64,000 bases of DNA from Octopus bimaculoides. Taxonomy: Eukaryota. This document shows, in pieces, positions 26,119 through 40,434 of the stretch; positions within the stretch are counted from its first letter, which is position 1; each line of letters starts with the position of its first letter. The stretch spans positions 62,757,910-62,821,909 of the forward strand of contig NC_068993.1 in the NCBI RefSeq assembly GCF_001194135.2, written 5' to 3'. The position numbers were made by a program, and so were the translations under genes. The notes under the pieces are model-generated. The model had not been told where the DNA came from. It searched no databases and saw only the letters and a program-made list of their open reading frames with translations.

Positions 26119-26552
26119 CGCACCACCACTACCCCACCACCAACACTTTCACTACTACTATTACTACTACTCCAAATTAAAGATCACTTTACCCTCGCAC
26201 TCTAATACAAAAATCGATGAATGCAATTAAAGAGAAATGACAAAAGGTTGGCTCAAATCCGACATTGAAACAGTTTCTCCGGCGAAACTGATAACATAAA
26301 TAACATAAATCACTGTTATGTCGTAATCTATTTACAGAAAGTGAGATGGGGGAGGGGGACATAGGAGAGAGAGAGAGAGAGAAATAGAAAGAGAGAGAGA
26401 AATAGAAAGAGAGAGAAATAGAATGAGAGAGAGAGAAGGAGAAGGAGAAGCAGTCGGTCAGACAGAGAGGCAAATGCAAATACTGTTGAGCAAATGGGAT
26501 ATTACAAAAATAGTTCTTGAAATCACAGTTAACCAAACAATGGGGCTGTGTA

Positions 26553-26583
<31 letters not shown>

Positions 26584-26616
26584 GTGATAATAATAATAAT
26601 AATAATAATAATAGTG

Positions 26617-26660
<44 letters not shown>

Positions 26661-26719
26661 GATGATGATGATGATAATTTCTTTTATTTGCCATCAGGAG
26701 GAATAATATCAATCATAAA

Positions 26720-27085
26720 ATTATACTCTGTCGGAGATTTGCTTGTCAGTTGTTTGACCTTAACCAGTTGAGCATGTCCCTTGGCGGTGGACGATATGTG
26801 CATCTCTGATCACGAGTAGAGGTAGTGGGGGAGCATCATAGCCATGTGTTGAGAGAGGTTTGTGATGCGGGATTTGAGTAATTCATCTCTGGAAACACGG
26901 GTGTTTTGTTCATCGTCCTTCAACAACACATATTTAGGGACGTTTTGAGCGGGATGGGCTACTCGACCGGAAGAAGATTCTAATTAGGCCCCACCTGCAA
27001 GATCATGCGCTGTTTACTTTGATATAAGGTCGCCATGTCACGCACATGTGACTGTGATGCGCGTGCCTGGTGCACCCTTGTCAGC
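26720..27085. repeat. CpG-rich interspersed repeat, probably SINE/LINE-derived
   Basis: Complex GC-richer block after an (AAT)n/(GAT)n run; resembles an octopus repeat from recall only, with no second copy clearly seen here. Confidence 0.35.
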
Positions 27086-27089
27086 GACG

Positions 27090-27760
27090 TAGTCATCATG
27101 AGTATATCGGGCTTCGTATATATTTGTGACCCAGTAATAATTGCCCCTATTATCATCGGAGTATTGGGTTCCACCTCCTCCTCTTTGATCTAGACGAGGA
27201 TTTCTACTGTGATCCCAGACGAAAGCTCTCTTTCTGTTCGCTTCACTTCGAAAAGGGTTTCATTGCCCTCTGGAGTGCGAGCAACCGGTAGATTCCAACT
27301 CAGGTGGACTCCTCTCCATTTAACGCGGAAGATCTTTCTCCCTAAACAGGTTGGGTAGAAGGTGAATTTCCTGTCGCGTATAGGATCTATGGAGTGCGTC
27401 AACCCAAGTGCTTTGCTCTTGAAGAGGAAATCCACGCTCTCGAATTTTTTTTGTCCTCATCACATGATCTATGTCCACCCATATTTTTTTCAGACTGACC
27501 CCAGGCTACGTGCACTTATACATTTAACTCTCAGAGCTGCTATGTTAGTCGAAAGATGAAGAGGAAAGGAAACGGGTAGCTTTCTTATTTAGTGGCTCCG
27601 AAGACCAGGTGACTCGGTCTCCATGGTGTTTGCGGGACTGTCTTTCGAGCGGTTGCTGCCAATTCCTCGGATGAGGTGGCGCCTTTTGCCTTCCTCCCAT
27701 TCAACTCCACAAGTTTCGCTTCTGTGACCCGTGCTTTGTCATTTTGGCAAAAGGCCAGCC
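27090..27760 (-). mobile_element. Possible degenerate retroelement ORF1/gag-like relic
   Basis: GC-richer block with interrupted minus-strand frames (DRKFTFYPTCLGRKIFRVKWRGV...FEVKRTERE...VEILV*IKEEEVEPN); no diagnostic motif, assignment from recall. Confidence 0.3.
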
Positions 27761-28670
27761 CTAGTTTGTCATGCCTTCACCAAAATATAGATGGGCATGT
27801 CCTTTAAACTTCATTTTATATCGTGCAGTCTTCAAATCCGGTAAAGGACAACGTTGTCTTTCATCCTTTTTCGGGATCGATAAATAAAGAACAAGTCCAA
27901 GATTATGGAATAGATGAATTCTTAGCGTTTCAGACAGCATACCTTGTGGAGTTTCTTCTGAATCTTTGCGTTCTGAATTCTTGGTTAAATAGAGAATCGG
28001 ACTAAGTCTATTAACTCCTATAACGTGGACTTTCAGTGCCCTCAGCGGAATTCACTTGGTTGCAATATTTGGACCAAATCTGCACCTTGACGATAAGGAC
28101 CTCTTTATTCTCACCCTCCCCCACACACACTCACCAATCTTGAAGACCTTGAATGGTCCAAAGGCTCATGGGTGTTATCACAAAAGCAAATAACTCAAAA
28201 GACAATTCTAAAAAAATGAAAAGCAAAACTTTCATACATTTAACAAATTCTTTGTTTATTATTTAGCTCTTCAAAAAAAGTCAGGATTTCGATATTTTAC
28301 TCGTGTAACCCCCATTGGAGGGTAATTAACACAACCATGAAGATCAATATTTGGAAGAAGCATTAAAATATTTCAGCAAAGATTTAAACAAACAAAAAAT
28401 ACAGTTTCTTCTGGCTTTTCTGTGACGTCACATTTCTTTAAACATATTTTTATTTTAGTTCTAATTTATGGAATTTTGCAAATAAGGACAGATTTTGAAT
28501 TTTTGTCACTTTATTTTCTTTTGTAGAGACAAAATTAAACTATTAACAGGCATGAAAATTCAAAATACTCTGACAGTTTAGCGTTACTGTATTTTCATGG
28601 TCTTAAAATTAGAAACTAATGCATACATATATACAGGGTGAAGTATTTTTTACTTCCAGAGATATGTACA

Positions 28671-28715
<45 letters not shown>

Positions 28716-30114
28716 AGAGAGGGAGAGGGAAAGAGAGTTGCCGATAACTTCTTAGAGCTCTTTAATCATTTATTTTCTTTTATTTGAAAAGGGGAACTTA
28801 TCCCAAAATATTATTGGATTATTAAATAGCCTACATAAAGTAATACAATATTTTTATCTTTTTCATTCATTGACATCACCTTACATATGTTCATTAAGCC
28901 TTCATTCGCATTCTTCAATGGTTTTATAAGCATTTATCTCCTGCAAATGCGCGTGAGCGCCAACACACGCACACATGCAGTCAGAATGTGTTTCTTTCAC
29001 AAAAAGGACTATACAGCTTGAAATAAATTATATACACACAAATATTTATACAGACACATCCATACAAACTCAAACATATAATACATACATGCATATAACA
29101 TACAAATATATGCATATTATACTTAGCAGGCATAATCATTCATAAAATTAATGGCCAACAAAAATATTTTGATGAATAATAAAATAAAGTGTTTGGTTTG
29201 GGTGAATTTTTTGAAGAAATGTTTCGCGGGTGATATATGTAGCATTTTACAACGACAAGTTCTTTATGACAGAAAGAAAATAGTAGAAAAATATATCGTT
29301 CCCAAAACCCATAATAAACGAGAGTCAAACAGGACAAAAAGTACTCAATACTTGGTGCAGAAAACAACCATATTTACTCCTTATCTGAAGTTTCATGCTA
29401 TTACTGGAGTTTCGTGCTTACGCACCATACAAATGGTAGCATGGAATATTGTAATAACAGGTTTCGTTATCAAAACTGCCATTAAGAATTCACAAATTCA
29501 TTGGCAACTTGGATAATGTGTGGTCATGGCAATGTTCCGTGACTATGGTAATTCCTAACTAAAAGACGACATTTTTCAAACCGGAAGATAACATTTTTCG
29601 GTTTTATTTTAATAATCCAAGAATGACAACGAAGTAAATAAGCAAAATTGTTAACTGGAATAAACAGGTTGTTAAAATGATTTTTGTTTGACTTCATAAC
29701 AGAGTTCTTCATGTTGGTTCCTTAATACTCATTGTGTATCGTGGTGTCCATAATAATGTAATCTACTCGGGAGAGGTAAGAATTCCAGTAACCATTGATC
29801 ATCAGCATTACTTATATATAACAAAAAAGGCTTTTCTGTGTAGACAGAAAAATACCGTGGTGCATTGCCAAAGAATAAAGTACCCCAGACTACATCTCCA
29901 TCTTTCAAAGTCTGTTGAGTGAGAACTGAAAGCGGAAACAGAAATTCTTCAACATCATCACAGGAGTGAGACAAGGTTATCTCCTATCAACACCATTCTT
30001 TCCTCTCGTCATTGTTCCAAATACTGGAACACAGTTGACTATAGGGAGACACCGAACGGATTTGGACATTGTATTCCTGGCATACACGCACGCGCACGTG
30101 TGTATGCATGTATA

Positions 30115-30150
<36 letters not shown>

Positions 30151-30155
<5 letters not shown>

Positions 30156-30256
30156 AGAATTCACGAAAAAAAAAGACGAAGACAGGTGGGGTAGAAAACA
30201 AATAGATATATTAGTATAACGCTCAGGAATTGAAAAAGTCTTTAACGTTTCGTGCC
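30151..30256. repeat. Family G interspersed repeat (also 44971-45070 and, inverted, 20036-20150)
   Basis: agggagaat.cacgaaaaaa..gacga.gacaggtgg.gta.a.aacaaa.gat.tattagtat.a.gctc.ggaat..aaaagtcttt shared by the copies. Confidence 0.7.
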
Positions 30257-31099
30257 NNNNNNNNNNNNNNNNNNNNNNNNNNNNNNNNNNNNNNNNNNNN
30301 NNNNNNNNNNNNNNNNNNNNNNNNNNNNNNNNNNNNNNNNNNNNNNNNNNNNNNNNNNNNNNNNNNNNNNNNNNNNNNNNNNNNNNNNNNNNNNNNNNNN
30401 NNNNNNNNNNNNNNNNNNNNNNNNNNNNNNNNNNNNNNNNNNNNNNNNNNNNNNNNNNNNNNNNNNNNNNNNNNNNNNNNNNNNNNNNNNNNNNNNNNNN
30501 NNNNNNNNNNNNNNNNNNNNNNNNNNNNNNNNNNNNNNNNNNNNNNNNNNNNNNNNNNNNNNNNNNNNNNNNNNNNNNNNNNNNNNNNNNNNNNNNNNNN
30601 NNNNNNNNNNNNNNNNNNNNNNNNNNNNNNNNNNNNNNNNNNNNNNNNNNNNNNNNNNNNNNNNNNNNNNNNNNNNNNNNNNNNNNNNNNNNNNNNNNNN
30701 NNNNNNNNNNNNNNNNNNNNNNNNNNNNNNNNNNNNNNNNNNNNNNNNNNNNNNNNNNNNNNNNNNNNNNNNNNNNNNNNNNNNNNNNNNNNNNNNNNNN
30801 NNNNNNNNNNNNNNNNNNNNNNNNNNNNNNNNNNNNNNNNNNNNNNNNNNNNNNNNNNNNNNNNNNNNNNNNNNNNNNNNNNNNNNNNNNNNNNNNNNNN
30901 NNNNNNNNNNNNNNNNNNNNNNNNNNNNNNNNNNNNNNNNNNNNNNNNNNNNNNNNNNNNNNNNNNNNNNNNNNNNNNNNNNNNNNNNNNNNNNNNNNNN
31001 NNNNNNNNNNNNNNNNNNNNNNNNNNNNNNNNNNNNNNNNNNNNNNNNNNNNNNNNNNNNNNNNNNNNNNNNNNNNNNNNNNNNNNNNNNNNNNNNNNN

Positions 31100-31138
<39 letters not shown>

Positions 31139-31779
31139 TACCTGCCGTCTCTGAAGAGTACGTGGTATTACTTAACCATGCTGTTATATAATATCCGGCT
31201 ATTTAATACCCGGTGCAAAACCGATTGGTAAGATTGGCTGAAATGGAACTATGTTACAGAATCACACACTATCACTGTTTTTCCATGGAATATAATTTAC
31301 ATTGAAAGGCATAGTTTTGACAGCTTCAGACTCAAAGCTAGGGCTAAAACACTAAACTTTGGCATTACTCAGTGTCATTATTAGCAGTTGCAATCGTAAT
31401 AATTTTATTAAGCTTTAATTCTGCAGAGGTTTGTGTATTTTTTTAATATTTTGTGACCCACCACCACCACACTCGCTTGATTTGAAGAGATAATATCGGG
31501 TCCCTTTGATGCAGCACATGAAAGATGAAGCTCACTAATGGGGGTTTTTTTTCCTACTTTGATTTTTGATTGCTTATATAAAATGGCAGTGTCTCTATCT
31601 CTTAATATATATATATATACATTATCATAATACAAATTAATTACTAAATGCATTATTATTATATTTGCGTAATAAACATCTTTCTTCTTCTCTGACTGCT
31701 AACGCATAGTTATTTACTGAAGCTTGCTTTTAAGAGGGATAACAAAATAAATACATCAGACATTTATTCTTTCCCTTCA

Positions 31780-31960
31780 TCATCATCATTATCATTTAAA
31801 GTCCGCTTTCCGTGCTGGCATGGGTTTGACGGTTTGACAGAAGCTTCCAAAGCCATGAGCAGCACCAGGTTTCATTATGTTTTTTTTTCATGGTTTCCAC
31901 AGCTGGATGCCCTTCCTAAGGCCAACCACTACACAGAGTGTACTGGGTGTCTTTTACGTA
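31780..31960 (-). mobile_element. Family C tail copy
   Basis: (cat)n...gtccgctttccgtgctggcatggg...cacagctggatgcccttcctaa. Confidence 0.75.
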
Positions 31961-32517
31961 TGTAAAGAAGCTTTCCAGATATTTGAGAATCGTTTCTCTT
32001 TTTCCAGAAATATATTCAAACCAAAATGCTGTTCAAACAAATTTAGATGTTTTATAACATGGCTGACCGATCCGTATGAACACTATATTACTTAGGTATT
32101 TGTTTCATTAATCTCTGAATGATGAAAAACAAAGTCAGCTCGAATCGAGAAAGATGACCCCAATGTGGACAAGTCTATCTCAATACACAACCGTCTGAGC
32201 TGTAAGAAAAATATGAATTGGGAAAGTGTGGGGTTAGTTGATTATAGTAACCCTGGCACTTCGTCAAATTCAGAAGAATGAAAAGCAAATGACCTGAGCA
32301 AGATCTGAACTCAGAATGTAGAGCGATGTACATAAATACCAAAGATGTTTTGCGTGGCACTAACAATCCAACTAAGACACCAACCCTTAAGAACTGACTT
32401 CCGTACTCAAATGGTATTTCAATCAATGCCACTGACCCCAGCACTTGACTGGTATTTATTTTATTATATGGTAGGAGTCAGTAGCGGTGGCAGGGGTTAC
32501 TTAATCTGCACAATATT

Positions 32518-32715
32518 ATCATCATCATCAACAGCATCATTTAATGTCCGTTTTCCTTGCTAGCATGGGTTGAACGGTTTGAAAGGAGCTGGCAAAGTCA
32601 GAGAACCGTGCTAGGTTCCATTACCTATTTTGGTATTGCATCTACAGCTGGATGTCCTCCCTAATGCTGTGGATATTTTTTTTACATGGTGCAAGCACCA
32701 GTGCTTTTTTATGTG
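32518..32715 (-). mobile_element. Family C tail copy
   Basis: atcatttaatgtccgttttccttgctagcatgggttg...tacagctggatgtcctccctaatgc. Confidence 0.7.
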
Positions 32716-34387
32716 GTGCTAATTAAACTTAAAGGCTGTTTAAATCTAAAAGGGCCCGATAAATCAAATGAGGGCTCAATAATTTCAAAAGGACTCTATG
32801 GAGTTTTAAAATTGTCAAATAAAAAAAAATGCAAATTATTTATTTGACAACAGTGAATTTTCTTTTTTTTTTCAGCTCCAAATTTTAGGCTTCTCCGAGT
32901 TAAATTGCCCCACCCCCACCCCCGAGCCATGACCCATACTGGACCATTCATAAATCTGGTCCAGATCCCATCCCACTCAAACTTGAACTCTGAATATAAA
33001 GGGACGTAAATACAAAACTTTCATGTCAAGGAAGTAGTTCTGTCATTCCGAAAAAAGAGAGAGAAGGAGAAGGGAAGAGACAGAAAGAAAAACGAGAACA
33101 ACATTCGTAAACTTAATAAACCACTGATAAATAAATCGAAAAAGAAAAATGTAATAATAAATAAAAAATCAAAAAAGTAAATCTACAATGGAACAAACAA
33201 ACAAACAAAAATAATCAAGAAATAAATAAGATAATAAAAGATGTTGGAATTTCTTTGGTAAATTGAAAACTTTTTGCAGTTATTTGCTAAACACAAAAGA
33301 ATGGAAAGATAAATAAAGTCATGGATAAGTTGTTAAGTTAAGTTGGAGTCTTTGGATTTGCTGCTCAGAATCATTTTTGGTTTCAGACATTTTGGATGAA
33401 CACTTCTGAAGTTCAAACATCAATGATTATAACAAGAGACTTGGATGTTGTTGTTTGTGTGGTGTGTGTGTGTGTGTGTGAATGTATGTATATCAATATA
33501 TGTAATATATGTATGACTATACATGTGTGTGTGCATGTGTCTATGTAGGTATGAGAATGTCTGAAGGTAGGTGTATGCGTGTCTATGTACAGTGTGTGCG
33601 TGTGTGTGTGTGTGCGTGTGTGTGTGTCTGTCTCTGAGTCTACACAGATGCATTTATGTTTCTGTAGGAGTGTGTATCTATGTATATGTTGTGTATGTGT
33701 GTATGGATATCTATATAGATTTGTGTGTATGCAAACAGAGGTGTGTATGTGCATATTTGAAATAGAAATTCATTAAGGAAGCTGTTGCCAGAGGCTGTAT
33801 AGAACATAATTTTGGCATCAGAAGTTGAAATCTTAAGCTAACAAGAAAATGTGTCATTCAGGTTACATTTAGGATGACAACAAATACAACAACACCAACA
33901 ACAACAACAACAACAACGGTGGGTGAACACATCAATTATCTCGGAACAAANNNNNNNNNNNNNNNNNNNNNNNNNNNNNNNNNNNNNNNNNNNNNNNNNN
34001 NNNNNNNNNNNNNNNNNNNNNNNNNNNNNNNNNNNNNNNNNNNNNNNNNNNNNNNNNNNNNNNNNNNNNNNNNNNNNNNNNNNNNNNNNNNNNNNNNNNN
34101 NNNNNNNNNNNNNNNNNNNNNNNNNNNNNNNNNNNNNNNNNNNNAAAAAAAATACATTAATGGATTATTTTTGTTTTGTTTTCTTTGCTTTCAATTCATC
34201 TTTTCTTTTTCTTTTCTTTTCAAAATGTTTTACATTCACAAAAAAAAAAAAATCCAAGACCGGTAATGAACCATGAGCTTCAGCAAATTAATAAGCAGTT
34301 AGGAAGAGAGACCAAACAAAGAAACACTGTATTTTAAATAATGGTATAAAACCACAAGTTACACACACACATATATATGTATATATG

Positions 34388-34426
<39 letters not shown>

Positions 34427-34904
34427 ATGCATGAATGTAAGAGGAACTAAAGAGAAATGGATAGCAACAATCCAAGGATCAAAGTGTAGGAAGTTAGTAA
34501 GCTTCAAGCCTGTTTGTATCTCATTTAGATGACAAAGGGTGGACAATATACAATAAAATACGTTTATTAACCATTGCAAGTCACACACTTCTTGCCATAT
34601 TGAAATCAAATGCTGGCTGTGTATATCTTAACTTATGCTTTGCTATGAAACAATTGTAAAGCGCATGAGAATATATAAAAATAATTTGTCCAAGAATGGA
34701 GATGATGGCATTACAGCCATTTCTTCATCCCCTCAACTATTACATTTACTACCATTTATACTCTGAGACTAACAAAACATTCCTGGAATTTCAATTTCTA
34801 TACAACAATTTCCTTTAAGGAAAACTGTCCGCTTCTATGCCCTCTGTCAGCCAGTATTCACTCAGATTCCTAAACCCTCTTTAATCTAATCCATCATCAT
34901 CACT

Positions 34905-35200
34905 ATCATCATTGTCATACAATGTCCATTTTCCATGCTGGCATGGGTTAGATGGTTTGACAAGAAATGGCAAGGCAGAAGACCATGTCAAGCTGCACCA
35001 GTCTGCTTTGGCATGGTTTCTATAGCTGGATGCACTTCCTAATGCCAACCACTTTACAGAGTGTGGACTGGGTGCTTTTTATGTGGCACCAGCAGCCATG
35101 AGGTCACCAAATGACTCACAAGACACCCCAACTGAGTGGGAGGGGAGGGCAGGAGTAATATTGAGGAAGGTGGCTTTGTGCTGGGTGATGAGAGGTTAGG
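34905..35200 (-). mobile_element. Family C tail copy (CpG-decayed)
   Basis: tgtccattttccatgctggcatgggttagatgg...tatagctggatgcacttcctaatgccaaccac. Confidence 0.75.
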
Positions 35201-36904
35201 GTATGGGGAGACGGATTTATATATATATACACTTGAACTTCTCTCCTTTAACATCTCAAACGTAAGATCACTTCACTGGAGAGGGAGGCTTGTCTCATCC
35301 TATGATGGAATCAATCTACAAATATTAGTATGGACTGCCAAACCCTCAAGAAACAGCTGTTGGATTTGTAATACTTTTCCGCAACCACTTTCATTCTCTG
35401 TATCATTTGTTTTCTGTGGAAGTCAAACCTTTTTTATATGTAAACATATGTCCATTATTTTTATATTTCATGTATGTAATATACTTTATATATTGATCTT
35501 ATTTGCTTATCCTTACATTTACTTCACACACACTCATATACATATATATATATATATACATATAAATATATATATACACATACATACATATAAATACATA
35601 TATACACATATATATATACACACACACACACACACATACACAAGCCTCTTAACCACTATGCCACACCTACACCCTACTTCCTGCTTATTTTAGTTTCAAG
35701 TTTATTTGTTCTTCAACCATTTCTCTGCTTCCTACTCCACAATATTTTGGTTGGAAAGCACCAAGATGTCTCTCAAAGTCCATATGTTCCCATTCCTGTC
35801 CATCATAATTTTATCTGCATGGCTTACTTGGGTCTTCTGACATTAACTGGGTCATAACTGTGCCCCAGTTTCTCGTCAATTTTCACAGGGAAGTCATGGC
35901 ATTTTACCCAGTGGACTTAATAGATACCCCCTTAGTTATGTCTGTGTGTCTACCTGAACTTGGGGTCACAGCTACTCCCAGCAATCACATGGTGAGCCAT
36001 TTCATTTTATTTGTTTTTATAGTTTTCACTTGATTGCATCCTGTCATTATTCTTTATTTTTGTTAATTATTTGTGGACAGGTTTTTTGAGTGACTCTTGT
36101 GTTTCCCTCAATTTCTGGGCAGGTTTTTTGAGTGATTCATGTCTTTCCCTCACTTTATTTCGTCTCTGTTAATATTGTGGAGCACTGGCCATAAAGAGGG
36201 TTTCCTGCTTGTTATAATCATTATCCCCTTATTATTTGGGTATGAAAGTGAGGGAGGAGAGGGAAGAGTTCTCTTCCCTTCCAGTGAATTTACCAAAAGT
36301 TGGATGACTGTGGCAAAACGATGAGGATGAATGGACCTGTTCTAAGCCTAAACCTTTAAAATGGAGAACAATAGATGCAGGAGAGCTTGTGCCCTTAATG
36401 GTCAGGAAGATGTTGGATCTGTAAGGTTCTTTGATTGGCCTTGCTATACTTTGACTACCTTTATCTCATTTTCCAATCCTTGTCCTTTCTTTTCCTCACA
36501 AATGTGGAGGCGCAATGGCCCAGTGGTTAGGGCAGCAGTTTGTCTGGCATGCTAACCATTCTGTCAGCCTAATAATAATAATAATAACAATGACAATAAT
36601 AATTATAATTTTTGAAAAATAGATAACAAAACAAATGGTAGATCTTGTTTGAAACAAGATGGAAAGGAAAAAAGAAAAAGAAACATAAAAGATAAAAGAA
36701 AAAATACGAATACAGTTTTCAATTTAAGCCATATTTTAGTTGTTTTCAAAACAGATGAGAAAAAAAAACATTTTTTTCAATAATACATTGATTGTCATAT
36801 AAACACAACATGTATGAACATTTAGTTTTCACACACACACACACACACAGATAGTAAACTCTCAGCTTCAGTAACATGTATTTCATGTTTGATCAACTCA
36901 GTTA

Positions 36905-37450
36905 CCTTTTCATCAGTGAAGTCATGCTGGAGCACCACCTTGAAGGGTTCTAGTCAAGAAAAAAAAATAAATAAAAACATCCCCAATACTTGTTATTAAA
37001 CTCTGGTGCTTATTTTATCAGTCCCCTTGCAGACCTGCTAAGTTTATGGAGATGTAAACAAACACCAATTGACAATTGGCGGCAAGGACAGATACACACA
37101 CACACAACACATGCACACACAGAGGCTTCTTTCAGTTTCCATTTACCAAATCCATTCATAAGGCTTTGGTTGGCCTGAGGCTATAGTAGAAGTCACTTGC
37201 CCAAGATGCCATGCAATGGGAATTAACCTGGAGCCATGTGTTTGGGAAGCAAGCTTCTTACCACAGTCACAACTGCCCCTATACACCACACACACACAGA
37301 GGCTTCTTTCAGTTTCCTTTTACCAAGTCCATTCATAAAGCTTCGGGTGGCCTGGGGCTATAGTAGAAGACACTTCCCCAATGCAGTGCCATTGAATCTG
37401 AAACCATATGGTTGAGGAGCAGACCCCTAATCACACATCCAGGCCTGCAT
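36905..37450 (-). mobile_element. Family B SINE with tandemly duplicated 5' half
   Basis: Tail at ~36915-36950, then two ~177-bp copies starting acacacagaggcttctttcagtttcc at ~37114 and ~37291. Confidence 0.8.
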
Positions 37451-37754
37451 CTATTCATTTCAACAATGAATTATAAAATAAATTATTGTTTCACAGACAC
37501 ATCATTACAATTAATTGGTCTCTCAGGCAGAAGTCGTATGACACAGTGTGTGACAATGCTAGCTCTTTGAATTACTGATGTATATAGCCTGTCTGACAGA
37601 CTAACACATTTCTTTTTTAACCATTCCTAGTCACAAGGCTACGATTGTCTCACAGTTATTGTAGAAGACAATCACCTAAAGTAGTAAAGCCATAACCTTT
37701 TGGTTGGAGAGTAAACTTCTATCACAGTGACCTATATTTTTGTACTTTTTACAG

Positions 37755-38100
37755 GCCACAGTCATTGGATTGCAGTCATGCAGGGGAAATGCCTTGAAGG
37801 GTTTAACAGAACCAACCAACCCCAGAAACTTAATATTCAAAGTCTAATACTTATTCTGTCTCTTTTGCCAAAACATTAAGTTACAGGAAACAAACAAACC
37901 AACACTGGTTGTCAAGTGCTAATGGAAAATAAGCACAAAGAGACACACAAATATATATATATACGATGGGCTTCTACACAGTTTCCATTCACCAAATTGA
38001 TTTACAAGGTCTGGGGTTATAGCAGAAGGTATCTGCTCAGGCAGCCTTGCCATGGGACTGAACCTGAAACCCTGCAGTTCTTGACCACACAACCATGCTT
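37755..38100 (-). mobile_element. Family B SINE (decayed)
   Basis: gatgggcttctacacagtttcc...gccatgggactgaacctgaaacc...accacacaaccatgc. Confidence 0.65.
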
Positions 38101-39149
38101 GTGTCTATTGTAAGTGTAGTTACACAGAAAACTGGTCATCATTTTGATAATTCACATTTACAGAATGGACGTAGAACCTGAGAAAGTCCTTCATAATGAA
38201 AGATCACTGAATGAGTACAGATGTTAATGGCTACCAAACAAAAAATGAAAGGATGGGGTCTTGATTTTCACACAGATTTAACCCTTTAGCATTTAAACCC
38301 CCCACATCCAACTCAAATATCCTACACCTGTTTGACATTGAGACAGGCCAGATCAGGCCTCTCACGCCTACACTACAATGTCATTCTGTGACACAATGCA
38401 TAGTTGTTCCAAAACAATGTGAATAAACAAGCATTACATTTGGCAGAGAAATCTGAATGCTAAAGGACCGAATGCTTTCTATAGGAGTTGTTTGTAGTTT
38501 ATGGCATCTGGTTTCTGTGGGCACCAACGCAATCTCCAATAACAGCAATGGTACATTACTGAAATCATGCAGAGAAATATGAAAGGTTTCAATTTTCTAT
38601 GCATTCTTCTAAATTATGTTTTGAAATATATTTTCAGAATGGAGTACGTCCAATAATTTATATATTCCCTACAATGCACCAAACTCACCAAACTTGGATT
38701 CTCCAGTTCTCAAACATCCTCTCCAGATTTATGCAATCTCATGAAAACTAGTAATTATTGAAAAGGAAAAAAAAAACAACAAGACAGGGTCACTTCACTG
38801 AAACACATGTTACTAAAAACAGGGGCTTCTTTCACTTGCAACTCTTAAGTTTTGACATGCTTTTCAAGGCAATTCTGCAAGGCACTTTGGGCAATTCTTG
38901 AAGCACCCTGAAGTGTTGCCTCAAAAACATGCAAGAAACAAGGGGAGGGGCAAGTGACATTAGCATCTGATGAGTAGGTGAATAAACACTTTCACGTGTG
39001 TATTGAGTACTTTCTTCTTGTTTGTACAACCAAAATGCATATAATATACACACATATACATACACAACATCTTAATCTAGTTCCTAACAACAGAAACAAC
39101 TCCACAAAGCAAATATTCACACTGACCGACTCAATTTAGGTTTTTGTTA

Positions 39150-39430
39150 TATATTTTTATTAGAGTCATTCATATATATTTATTTTTTTTTTAATTTTAC
39201 TTTTCTTAAAAAATATCTGGCTATATTTTTATTTATTTATTTCCTAAATTTAAACATCAAACAATATTGGATGTTGGTCACCGTCACTCGACAAAACACA
39301 ACAGCACCATTGCAACAGAAACTAACTTATTGGAAATATGGCAGGAGAAAGATGACATCGGTTTTGTGGGTTTTTTTTTCGTTTTTATTATTAATATTTT
39401 TCACTTTGAATTCATTTATTATATATTTTA
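39150..39430 (-). other. Candidate BLTP1 polyadenylation region (3' UTR of roughly 1.5-1.8 kb)
   Basis: AT-rich stretch with several minus-strand AATAAA hexamers (tttatt on +, e.g. 39156-39161). The true cleavage site cannot be determined from DNA. Confidence 0.3.
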
Positions 39431-39819
39431 TAAACATCAGTGTGCACATATGCATATGCAACAAAATGCTATATATATCTATCTATACATACATACATAT
39501 GTGCATGTATGTATATATATACACACACATACAACCACATACATCATATTTGCAACTAGAAAAATCGTGTTTGTGTGTGTGTGTTTATGTAGAAAAAGAA
39601 GAGCCCAAACACTTAAACAGTAATTGAAAGGATCACTCAACACACTAAATTAGAGTATCACATTTACTTTTGCATGGAAAAGGTTGAGAGTAAGGTGAAA
39701 AGATTTGACCAGTCAATGGGTGGCGCAATGACCAGCAACAGTTCAAAGCTACTGTGAACCTTTTTTAAAATAAAACAAGCACACACATACACATATATAT
39801 ATAAATTGTGTGTGTACAC

Positions 39820-39850
<31 letters not shown>

Positions 39851-39888
39851 TATATATTGTATCATATATCCGTAAAAGAAGCAGTATG

Positions 39889-39951
<63 letters not shown>

Positions 39952-40434
39952 TTGCAATTGCATTCATTATGTGCATGTATGTATGCTTGCTTGTATAGGA
40001 ACACACTTATAACTTATAGACACAAGTATGTTAACTGACTCTGATAAGATTTTGAGAAACAAATTTCTGCACTGCTAAGCAAGCTACAACTCTCCCTCTC
40101 TCACACACTGCTTTTCCTGATATTCTAATATACCCATATGATCCCAAACACCAAAACACTAGTTCTGTCTGTGTCACAAACATTCAAATTCACAAACTCT
40201 TTCCATCCCATTTTATTCCAACCCAGACTTTAAAAAAAAAAAAACAACACACACACACACACCTTCCAAATTCTCACAAGATTCGTTTACTGCCAGCTCC
40301 CTCTACTTCTTGCAGCATTTAATGTTTCGGTAGAAACCATTCCACAAAAACAAAATGCTTTCATTCATTTGTTCTTTAACTGGCTTCGTTTATTGGACTG
40401 TGGGCCATGCTGAGGCCTCACTTTCTAGGGTACA

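Noticed and set aside
29151-29516. 121-aa plus-strand ORF (MANKNILMNN...)
   Set aside because: AT-rich, no recognisable motif or splice context; length is compatible with chance.
36506-36540. tRNA-like start ggcgcaatggcccagtggttagggcagc
   Set aside because: Only an A-box-like head, truncated after ~30 nt; most likely a SINE remnant, and no cloverleaf can form.
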